Shown: positions 54,793 through 63,626 of the stretch, in pieces
Numbering within the stretch: position 1 is the first letter of the stretch
Layout of the letters: every line of letters begins with the position of its first letter
Assembly: GCA_000091205.1 (NCBI GenBank)
Contig: AP006500.2
Direction: 5' to 3' (one strand)
DNA: 64,000 nt
Source: Cyanidioschyzon merolae
Lineage: Eukaryota
Program-made: the position numbers and the translations under genes
The notes under the pieces: model-generated
Seen by the model: the letters and a program-made list of their open reading frames with translations, nothing else
Told to the model about the DNA's origin: nothing
Database searches by the model: none

Positions 54793-57294
54793 CGAGACCG
54801 GAACGATTGCGTTTGCTCAACACAGACTCGGCATCAGCTCGTTAAAAGTGCGACCATATTCATGTGTGTCACATGTTTCCGAACGACCAGATTTGCGATG
54901 CCTAGTCGCCTGCAGGTGTCCCGATGCCCCCAGTGAACGACACACGACTGATACTGAGGCGACAAGAAGCATGTGTTGCTGCGTCTGACATTCGCGTAGC
55001 GGTGGCTGCGGCTCAAGGCTTGTCCAGAAAGCGCTCGAGCGTCAAAGCGTCTGCAATTTTGGTGCAGGTTGATCGCGTGTAAACTCTGCACAGGCACGGA
55101 GTTGGTCAACGATAACGTGTTTCCGGACACAGTTCTCGGCGCTTTTTCGGTGCACGGTAACGGTGCGTTCTGCTTGTATGCGAGCTGCAACGCCCCGAGA
55201 AGCGTAGGGCGTAGCACTCAGTGTTTCTAGGATTGAAAATGGTACGGTTCTGGAAACACGTTGTACCTGCCGGTGGGCTTGTAAACGGAGTGCGATGGCC
55301 TGATTGGTAGCCCTGCACCAGAGCATACGCTGTGTGTCGGTTGTTGGCACGGGCCGAAGCCGAACCCAGCACCTGCACTTTTATCGTCGTTACCGTCGCT
55401 CATGCATCACTGGAGATCAGATGGCTATGATGCGTGTAAGCACAGCAATGCCGCTTTTCGACAAGTCGTTCTCTGCGCTCACCAGTCCTGGACTGCTGTG
55501 TAGCATCTCTGCTCATACGTAGGCTGGAGCGTAAAATCCGCGCGCTAGTCCATAGGCGTGCTCGTGACGGTAGTAACGAAAATGAACCTATGGCATACCA
55601 GGTACATAGAAAGAAAAGGCGGGTTTCGGTTCCAAAGCCAAGGAGAAGGCGAAGAATCCCGAAGGCGACGATTAGCAGACGGATCTTCTCGAAAAGAAAC
55701 CCCCGAGAGGCATGAAGGAAAAACTGTCGGGGCGGATGGATCAGTCTAAGACCGCTGCCATGGCATTCTTCATGGGAACATATCAAAGGATAGACCCTTT
55801 TAAAAAGTGAGGCACAGGGCGTTATCACGGATCATGTTGCTCCAAATTTGAACGAGACACGTCTGGCTTTTCTCGCCTTGAAGAACCTCGTTAAACAACT
55901 GCCTGTAGGAGTTGCGGACACAGGGTTCCCAGCTGTCGTCATTCATCGGGAAGCCCTGGGTCAAAACTCGATGGGACTAGTGCTTTACAGGACAGGAGCT
56001 GCAACACGGCCTGATCGTGGGTCCCAGGTTTTGCACACACGCTTCGCAGCATACCTCGACGCATCGCTATGCCATATCGGTCATCGGGACACCTAGAGCG
56101 CATGTGCCAAAGGGCATCGACATAAGCTCCCGGAGCGTATGGGTGTCGATGTCCAGCGTCTCATGAAGCGCACCCTGTGGGCGTCGTCGAAGTCTCTCCC
56201 TAATGGACCAGAAAACCGGGACTCAAGGAACCGATTCTACGCTTCGTGGAGTTTACAAGCGTCCAAGTGGCTCATGCGGACGATCTGTGACTAGGCTGCA
56301 TGAGACTGCACTAGGCCCGCGAACGATTTCATTTACACGAAAGCAATGAGCGTGTACACACCGAGCTATTGAATGAGGTGGCAAATGGAATGACCGCCAA
56401 GTCGCCTTATTTTGTGGCCGCCCATCGCGCTCGACGTATGGCAGCGAGCATGGGCTACACGCCCGCTTTTTGGCGATTGCGTACAATGAGTCCAGGAAAC
56501 GATTCTGCGCGATTTCCGAGGACACCTTCAGGACGGCATAGAGGCATCACGAGCACGGGTGCTTGCTGAAACTGCCAACGGAGAAGCGCGTAGAACAGAG
56601 ACGGATGCACGGGATAGTGTGCGGTACGCTGAGCGAATGCCAAATGGCGAGGCAACCGGAGATGAGCGGCGTCGCCTGGGTCGGATTCCACCGGTAACCC
56701 TGCGGGCAGGCAGTCTCTGCATCGAGACTTGAGCGTCACCGTCAACATTCGACAATGTCTCGCGTATCCGGAGCGTCCAGCGGATTTGTGTAGAGCGACC
56801 TTTCAAAGGAGTCGTTTCGTATTCAGCACGGGTATTTCGCTGAACCGCTGAAGACTCTGGATGAAAAAATACATGCAGTCAGGGTAGAACGCGTAGTCCA
56901 TGCTCGACTGGATCAACGCATTGGTATGGTGTGGTTCAGGGATCGGGCAAGGTCGGAACACCAGACGTGCAATCAACGGAAATGCTTTTCCTGTTCATTG
57001 ATAAACGATTTCAATGTTGCATTTTCCGATCATATACCGGACACCTGTCAACCGACACCCAGGCTCTGGGATACAGCGATTTCGCCATCGCGACGGGGAA
57101 GCGTGCTTCGGCTCGCTTCTCAAGCGCCGTACGCTGGACCCAGACTTGGATTCGAGTCTGAGAATCCGTCCCCGAAGTGAACAAGCGCCCTGGTTCCATT
57201 TCAAGCTAGCGTATGGGTAAAAATTCGCGTTTTACATCGATGCGGCCCGTCACACCCATTCACATACGAGTCGGCGTGAACGCGGCGATCCGAG

Positions 57295-59979
57295 TCAAAC
57301 GGATGCTTGGTTATCTGTCTCGTCCCAGAGCGGTACACGCAACACCGGCTCTATCAAAACAACCCAGGGCTGTAGCCCCGACTGCTCTTTGATGATATCG
57401 CTGGCAGGCCGCTCCGCTCGCAGATCATCACCCCAGGATGCAACCAGCAGCACATCGATCCACACAAAAGGCATGGTGAGCACATATCGAAGCGACTGGG
57501 AGAACGCCTCCACTCGCTCTGGTTCAGCCGTTGACCAGCTCATGTTCGTCCCAGTGCAGAGCGTTGTCAGATCCTCGTCAAGTACCCAAGCCGAAATCAC
57601 CGTCGGCGCAGAAGCGATTATTTTCCGATTTTCGAAACGCAGGTCGTCATTTAGAAACGGCTGATTTTCCACCGCTTCTTTCGATCCACTCGGGCACTGG
57701 AATGGCAGATCTGTCAAAAGCAGCTGCAGCATGTGCCGCGAGTCAGCGTCAACGATCCAGTGCACGTCGCAGACGCAGGCGTACACGCGGTAGAGCCGAT
57801 GCATTGGAGTGTCGGCGCGCGCGCACGCATTACCCGCTGCACGCATCGAGCGCAGTGCACGCATGTCATCCAACATATGCGCAAGCGACTGAGGGCGTAG
57901 CGCTTGCCAGGGTATGCTCATCGTTGAACTTGTCTGTAGCAGCGGTGGACCACTACAATGCAGGCAGCTGGGGTGCTGTACAGGACCCCGTTTGACAATT
58001 CCTGTCTCTGCGGACTCGATATTAGTCGTTGTATGGGAGGTGGTGGTGTAGGCAACGCGTTCGCGATTCAGTTCGGTGCACGGGGCGCTGAGTATGGGAT
58101 AGGCAGCAGCGCTCATTTGTTCCGGTGTATTTCGGGTGCCAAGCGCACGCTGGTGAGCAACGGGCGCTGCTTCGTATGCGCTTTGCGAATCGGTCCGACA
58201 CGTGGGATCAGTCAATGCTGCTCCCAAGTGCTGCATGCGACTTTGCACCTCGGGCATCCATTGCGGGAACTTGTAAATCGATGAACCCTCATTCATGGTC
58301 AGGCGCAAAGGCAGACCCGGGCGTCGATCGAGGCGTACATCGCGAAGCCGGAACCAGTTACCGCGAAGGTGCGGCTCCAGTCGATGTGTGAGCCGCGTCC
58401 AGCACTCTGCGGCAATGGAGACCGTCACCAAATCGGAGATGCTTCCGTCGGTGACTTTGAGCAGGAATTCGTACGGGGTTTTCTCCAAGTCCCGAATGAG
58501 CACCACCAGATCGTATCGTAGCCGTTGCATGGCGCTGCCGTTTGCTGAGTCGACCACAAGCGAACTTTGCAGAATGTCTCGCAGGGTGGCGGAGAACGCC
58601 TTCGAGCCGAGAAAGCCGCTTTGCGACAGGAGTGCACGCGCCCAACGTAGCAACTCCATGGCGTAACATTTTTCACTATTGGTGATCACGATCGATTTCG
58701 TGTTTGACGGGTAAGCATATATGAGCGGATCGGGTAAATGATTCATTTCTTCGAGATGAGTGGCGGTCGCGGCTCGCAGACCGGACAAGTCTCCGGAAGC
58801 GGAAGCCGACGAGCGTCCCAAACCAGCTCCCTCATCATGCTGAGCAAGTGCAGGCCAGAGGCACATAGAAGAGAGCGAATTTGTCTTCAGCTCCAACGTC
58901 TCCGTCTTCGAACCACTCGGACTCTGTTGGGGAAACCACCGCAGCTCGGCGCGATGTACCCGGACGACGTCTCCTACCCCGATGTACGGAACGCAATCGC
59001 TAAGACGGCTACTGAACGAGGTAAGCATGAATTGGGGAGGTGCGAAGCTCACCAGCCGCCCATCAGAGTCTGTTACGACGATGCTTGGATCGATGATCTG
59101 CAGCTCAGTGAGCAGTTCTCCGGTACGTACCAGGCGAGGCGCCCGGACGTCGACGATCACCCCGTAAACGTCATACGTGCGACCGGACATCTGGCCGGGG
59201 TGTCGCAACTGCTCAAGCGTTAAGTAGTGATGTTTTGAGTCCAGGGGCACTACAGGCCTCGGAACTGGTTCGCAACTTTCGTGCTGTGCGACGGGGCGTC
59301 CACTGGTGTCCGTCCCTGCACCATGCTCTGTGACGACCAGAGTTTGCCCTATAGACTCCGGAGACAGCTTCATGATACGTGCGTTTGCAAGTTGGGATAG
59401 ATCGTTGCACTTGCCGGCGTCTTTGAATATGGTGAGCGCGGGTTTGCAGGCTGTTGCGTCTGCGGCACCAGCACAGCAGGCCTCTCGCTGGTCAGGACCC
59501 AGTACCACCGCGTACTCGTGTAGTTCCAGACACGAGTCCAACAGTCCATGGTCCCTGGCCTCACAAATGTCGCCCAGCGGTACGACCTGTGCGTTCTGAA
59601 CCTCCACAACGTCCCAGTGTGCTAGGGCGGTGCCCGCGGCCGTCCAGTCGCCGGTGCAAACAAGCACAACCACGGTCTGCTGTGGAGCAGGAACACTCGG
59701 CCAGGGCTCAAGTAAAGCAAGGATCGCTCTACCTGAACGATTTTCAACTAATGTTCGAAGGACTCGCCCTCGTAGACGAAATGGATGCTCAGCGTTGCAG
59801 GTGTAGGGCTTGAGGCTCCGAAACTGCACGAGACGCAGTTCCATAGATTCCGTCGCACCAACAACGCCGTTCGAAAGTCGAACGACGCCAACGGTGTACA
59901 GTAGTGGCGGGAAAACCGTCTTAGAGAAGATGTCTCCAACTGACGTGCAGACACCTCCCCGCCTTTTTGGACCGGCCAC
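57295..59979 (-). CDS. POT1-like telomere end-binding protein (OB-fold); annotated start overlaps Fanzor stop, true start may be internal Met (MELRLVQF..., about 59844)
   Basis: HYLTLEQLRHPGQMSGRTYDVYGVIVDVRAPRL...LQIIDPS...GDVVRVHRAELRWF is colinear with POT1 OB1 (YTYLPLNQL...VNVYGVVKFF...IVDQT...GDIVRFHRLKIQ); an additional OB-like segment lies N-terminal. Confidence 0.5.
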   Translation of the reverse strand: MAGPKRRGGVCTSVGDIFSKTVFPPLLYTVGVVRLSNGVVGATESMELRLVQFRSLKPYTCNAEHPFRLRGRVLRTLVENRSGRAILALLEPWPSVPAPQQTVVVLVCTGDWTAAGTALAHWDVVEVQNAQVVPLGDICEARDHGLLDSCLELHEYAVVLGPDQREACCAGAADATACKPALTIFKDAGKCNDLSQLANARIMKLSPESIGQTLVVTEHGAGTDTSGRPVAQHESCEPVPRPVVPLDSKHHYLTLEQLRHPGQMSGRTYDVYGVIVDVRAPRLVRTGELLTELQIIDPSIVVTDSDGRLVSFAPPQFMLTSFSSRLSDCVPYIGVGDVVRVHRAELRWFPQQSPSGSKTETLELKTNSLSSMCLWPALAQHDEGAGLGRSSASASGDLSGLRAATATHLEEMNHLPDPLIYAYPSNTKSIVITNSEKCYAMELLRWARALLSQSGFLGSKAFSATLRDILQSSLVVDSANGSAMQRLRYDLVVLIRDLEKTPYEFLLKVTDGSISDLVTVSIAAECWTRLTHRLEPHLRGNWFRLRDVRLDRRPGLPLRLTMNEGSSIYKFPQWMPEVQSRMQHLGAALTDPTCRTDSQSAYEAAPVAHQRALGTRNTPEQMSAAAYPILSAPCTELNRERVAYTTTSHTTTNIESAETGIVKRGPVQHPSCLHCSGPPLLQTSSTMSIPWQALRPQSLAHMLDDMRALRSMRAAGNACARADTPMHRLYRVYACVCDVHWIVDADSRHMLQLLLTDLPFQCPSGSKEAVENQPFLNDDLRFENRKIIASAPTVISAWVLDEDLTTLCTGTNMSWSTAEPERVEAFSQSLRYVLTMPFVWIDVLLVASWGDDLRAERPASDIIKEQSGLQPWVVLIEPVLRVPLWDETDNQASV

Positions 59980-61297
59980 CCACTACTGCTTCCAACTTTT
60001 TCTCATCTAGTTCGACTTTGATAGGTTGTCCAATAAAGTTCTCTCTTGTCAGCTCTGGAGGTCTCGTCTCCAGGACCGCACATCTCCGTACATTGATAGC
60101 GGCATTAAAGTCTCGGTTCACAAACTCCATACGTTTCTTCCCGTTGCGAGTTGTACTCACTATTGCGAGTAGCCCTCGAACTTTCGCCCTCCTTTCCATT
60201 TGCTCCTCCGTCAGCGGTCCGTACTTTGCTATTTCCTCAGGGCTCCTCTGGCACTTTTCTATCTCCACGCTCTGAAGTGTACAACCCAGTTCGTGGTATA
60301 TATACGATGTTCGGAACTCATCTACAGGTATCGTAACAAAACGCCTTGCGCACTGTTTGTGCACCCTCGTCGTTGGAGCTGGAGTAGTGCCTTTCTTGGG
60401 CGCCCAGCGCCCTGCCCCATACGCTACTACGAGCCTTTGACTTTCATCCTCCTTCAAGGCGCTCAACTGATTGAAAAAGTTGGCAAACGCCCGCTGCTTC
60501 CCACCGTATAGATTCATTCGCAAACGAGCCCACCGGGGCTTCGTATACTCCTCCCACAGCGCATCCCAATGCGCCATGCGAACTTCCATGAATTTCCGAA
60601 AAGCTTCAAATTTCGCGCTTCGGCTAGTCACCTTGCTCAAAGCTTCCAGGTGATCCTTCATCCCTGAATTCCAAGTCTCGATTTTCTTCCTTGCATTCAT
60701 GATTCCCGATTCTCGATAGTATCTCGCTCTCGAGAACGTCAAGAGACGCATGTCTTTCTGACGTAAGTTGCCGTCAGTACAATCTTCCGCCCGCTTCGGT
60801 GCTGCGATGGTGATGATATTTGAGTTTCCGGTGTCCGCGCCAACGACAAAGTCGTTATCTTGCACTTTCTGCTTCTCAGAACCGGGCTTCTTGTTTTCTT
60901 CATGGTTCGTCGCGTCAACGACAAAGTCGTTATCCTGCACCTCCTGCACCAGAGGATCCGCTTCCTTCCCATCTTCATCCTTCGTCACGTCAACGACAAG
61001 GTCGTTATCCTCCACCTCCTGCATCGCAGGTTCTGCCTCCTTCTCATCTTCATCGTTCGTCACGTCAACGACAAAGTCGTTCTCTTGCACCTCCTGTGTC
61101 GCAGGATCCGCCTCCTTCTCATATTCATCCTTCGCCACGTCAACGACAAACTCGTTATCCTCCACCTCCTGCATCACAGGATCCTCCTCTTTGTTTTCTC
61201 CATCCTTCGCGACGAGCGCAGCCGAGGGCGGAACTGGCCGACCTTCCTTCAACCGCCGATAGTGTACACACAAGGGTACTCCATCGGTTTCGATCAA
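59921..61297 (-). CDS. Fanzor-like protein, C-terminal segment (acidic tandem repeats, RuvC-II, Zn-finger-like, RuvC-III)
   Basis: See the mobile_element entry; the ORF-track start at 61297 is TTG, and the reading frame is open a further 30 codons upstream. Confidence 0.75.
   Translation of the reverse strand: MIETDGVPLCVHYRRLKEGRPVPPSAALVAKDGENKEEDPVMQEVEDNEFVVDVAKDEYEKEADPATQEVQENDFVVDVTNDEDEKEAEPAMQEVEDNDLVVDVTKDEDGKEADPLVQEVQDNDFVVDATNHEENKKPGSEKQKVQDNDFVVGADTGNSNIITIAAPKRAEDCTDGNLRQKDMRLLTFSRARYYRESGIMNARKKIETWNSGMKDHLEALSKVTSRSAKFEAFRKFMEVRMAHWDALWEEYTKPRWARLRMNLYGGKQRAFANFFNQLSALKEDESQRLVVAYGAGRWAPKKGTTPAPTTRVHKQCARRFVTIPVDEFRTSYIYHELGCTLQSVEIEKCQRSPEEIAKYGPLTEEQMERRAKVRGLLAIVSTTRNGKKRMEFVNRDFNAAINVRRCAVLETRPPELTRENFIGQPIKVELDEKKLEAVVGGRSKKAGRCLHVSWRHLL
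60841..61215. repeat. 5 x 75-bp in-frame tandem repeat (minisatellite) inside the Fanzor-like ORF, encoding acidic 25-aa units (EVQDNDFVVDVTKDEDEKEADPxxQ)
   Basis: Unit starts caacgacaa(a/g)gtcgtt at 60841, 60916, 60991, 61066, 61141 (period exactly 75); protein shows DNEFVVDVAKDEYEKEADPATQEVQENDFVVDVTNDEDEKEAEPAMQEVEDNDLVVDVTKDEDGKEADPLVQEVQDNDFVVDATNHEENK. Confidence 0.85.
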
Positions 61298-61677
61298 CCC
61301 AGTAAATACCTTTTTTTGCTGACTTTTAGACGTTTGAAATCGAAGATACTCTTCCAGTACGTCTCCCGGTGTTCGCCGGAGAACTCCTCCCTGCTAACAT
61401 CGAACTCCGGACAGATCTCCCTCATGATGCCGTAAAGGACGCCGGAGTCGATAGTTACAAAATGTGACTTGACTTTCCACATTGGAACCACGTTGAAGCG
61501 CTTCCCCATTAGGAAATTCTTCCGTCTCTCCCACTGTTCATTTGTCTCTTCACTCAGCTTCACCTCCGCTTTGCGTGCGAGCTCTCGGTCCAAAAACACG
61601 AAATAGCGCAGGATGAGGCGGTAGTATCTTTCCTTATCTTTTTTCAACGGTGATATCTTGTCTGTTGGATTCACCAA
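61294..61677 (-). CDS. Fanzor-like protein, middle segment containing RuvC-I (VTIDSGV)
   Basis: Frame joins the C-terminal segment if the A7 run at about 61313-61319 (plus strand T7) is A8; ORF-track start is TTG/GTG. Confidence 0.65.
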   Translation of the reverse strand: MVNPTDKISPLKKDKERYYRLILRYFVFLDRELARKAEVKLSEETNEQWERRKNFLMGKRFNVVPMWKVKSHFVTIDSGVLYGIMREICPEFDVSREEFSGEHRETYWKSIFDFKRLKVSKKRYLLG

Positions 61678-62423
61678 CCCAGTGCCGCACGGTGCTCTTG
61701 TATAGCCGCACGGATCACAGAAGCTTCATTCGTGCTCCTGCGTGATGTCTTCATATCGACAAATTCGATCTCATCTTCATACTTTCGATCGTTCGTGATG
61801 CCGTTGATCATCGCCCATATTCCTTTGCGAGAGATGCCCGGGTAGAGTGCAAACACGGCGCGTTTCATGAAACGTTCGAGGTTCTCTGTCAAATGCTTCT
61901 TCAGGTTCGTAATGTACTTCATTACCCCGTATGTGTAAATATTTCCGTCACCCTTGTATCGGGTACGCTCGAAGCGGTATTCGGCGTAGTTTTCGTGGAG
62001 AGCGTGCACTAGCACATTTTCCTTCCGCGCTTCCCCTGTACCAAGCATCAGGTGACGAATAAAGGTCTTGTGGAAAAACTCGTCTGGAATCTCGACCGTT
62101 TCCATGTGCGTCACGTCGCGATACATCTCCCTCGCCAAATGCATCAGCCCTGAAGACGCCTTGACAATACTCTTGGAGTGCGAGTCGACACGTTTTTCGA
62201 TAGCGTCTCGCAACTTTTCCCTGTAGGGATCCTTGATATGTCCAAGAAGGAAGGCTTTCACCACCATCTCGTCGTACAGTCGTCTTTCTTGCCGCCTTCG
62301 ACGTAGGGCGTCCACCTTTCGATTCTCCTTCACTTCCTTTTCTTCTGGACTCGGCACTGTATTTGTTTTTTTTCTGGCAGCCGGCGACACTGGGCCTCCA
62401 GGATCGTGGACTTGCTTTTTCAT
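61671..62423 (-). CDS. Fanzor-like protein, N-terminal segment
   Basis: 250-aa ORF with ATG start (MKKQVHDPGG...), basic N-terminus (KKTNTVP..RRRRQERR, NLS-like); frame shifts by one relative to the middle segment within 61673-61720. Confidence 0.6.
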   Translation of the reverse strand: MKKQVHDPGGPVSPAARKKTNTVPSPEEKEVKENRKVDALRRRRQERRLYDEMVVKAFLLGHIKDPYREKLRDAIEKRVDSHSKSIVKASSGLMHLAREMYRDVTHMETVEIPDEFFHKTFIRHLMLGTGEARKENVLVHALHENYAEYRFERTRYKGDGNIYTYGVMKYITNLKKHLTENLERFMKRAVFALYPGISRKGIWAMINGITNDRKYEDEIEFVDMKTSRRSTNEASVIRAAIQEHRAALGW

Positions 62424-63626
62424 AGCTTTCCTTTTTTAGTTTTTTTGAGAAAGAACGCTCTTTGAACCCTTCTGTTATATACTGCGAAAAATTAATCGAA
62501 TATTTTTACTTGAGGTTTGAAGCACAATCGAACTGAAAGACTGTACGTTGCTATGACCTGAACGAAAATACAACGTTTACAATAGATCTACATGCTAGAG
62601 ATCAGGATCACGTTCCCCTTCAAAAACGGCATGTGCGTCGTGTCTCATGCCTGCCTGATCTCCGAGGTGCGCTCACTGAGCGCGATGCAAACTAGTCACA
62701 AACTATTTATCAAAGAACAACTATCTTTAAGCCCAACACACCACGCCCGCATAAGAGGTCTAGTTTTTCCGGAGAAGCTCTGAAAGTGGGCGAACGCGGG
62801 GTGCTTGGGCGACGGCGAAGGAAGCCCACGACAGGGACGTTGACCGCAACGAACAGAGGGGCGCAGACAGTGGCAGCAGAAAATATTGACGAGGGTTCTG
62901 AGCAGTCATCCGCTGCTCTCGAAACAACGCTGCAGGCTCCGGCGCAAATCCTGGATTCATTCTTGAACTCGGGCTCAGGATTACCTCCTACATTGGTTTC
63001 TACCTCAACTCTGGAAACAGTCTCGGCGGATACTTTGGAAGACGGCTGGCAGTATGTTCGCGGTCGAAGCTGGAATAAGCGACTTATCCGCCTATGTGTT
63101 TGGGGAGCGGATACGAAGCCGCTGAAAGGGTAGTTCGTAGAGTATCCGCTGTGGTTGCGGGTAGCTTCACGCGTCCGGCAAGATAAAGGTCGCATTCGAA
63201 TCGACCTTGACTAATGTACTTCTGATTTTACGCTAGCACTGCGGCAAGCACTCAGTGAACGACTGGAATGCAGGAGGCAATGGTGGCGTGTGCGTTCTCA
63301 CACCCTGGGGAGGGTGCATCTAAATCGACGACGTATCTCTGGAGTACCGCAGCGTTACTCCTATTCCCTTATGCGCTACGACTCGATAGGTTTCGCATCA
63401 TGGAATATTTGTGGGATAGCCTCGATACTAGACGACGAGATATCGAATTACCAGTACAGTAATGAAGAACTGATACAAGTCGTTGACTGTACAATGGGTA
63501 AAGAGACCCAACCAGATACGGAGAAGGAGACACAGAAACCTCATGATCCACCTAGATGCAAAATATCCAGAGAAAGCAGCTCAGGAAAGAGCCCGAAGAA
63601 GAAGAAGACCAGCAAGAAAAAATAGA

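Larger units (their letters stand above)
59921..62423 (-). mobile_element. Fanzor-like element: eukaryotic TnpB/OrfB (IS605-family, RuvC-like) homolog gene, about 830 codons in three abutting ORF segments; lower GC than flanks
   Basis: Ruv[11 protein letters not shown] (about 61440-61465), RuvC-II RRFVTIPVDEFRTS (about 60300-60340), degenerate Zn-finger region YHELGCTLQ...KCQRS, RuvC-III MEFVNRDFNAAINVRRC (about 60100-60135). N-terminal 250 aa matches the extended N-terminus seen in Fanzor1-type proteins. A second decayed copy in the same window (21588-22400) indicates a repeat family. Confidence 0.75.

Noticed and set aside
57295-59979. The 894-aa ORF next to Fanzor as the element's transposase
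   Set aside because: The central region matches the POT1 OB1 fold motif-for-motif (VYGVIVDV...GDVVRVHRAELRWF). No DDE, Rep/helicase or tyrosine-recombinase motifs were seen. It is therefore treated as a host telomere-binding protein gene.
60768-61435. Plus-strand ORFs of 161-191 aa antisense to the Fanzor gene
   Set aside because: They are a by-product of the 75-bp tandem repeat being open in several frames (S/P-rich repetitive translations). The minus-strand frame carries the conserved nuclease motifs.
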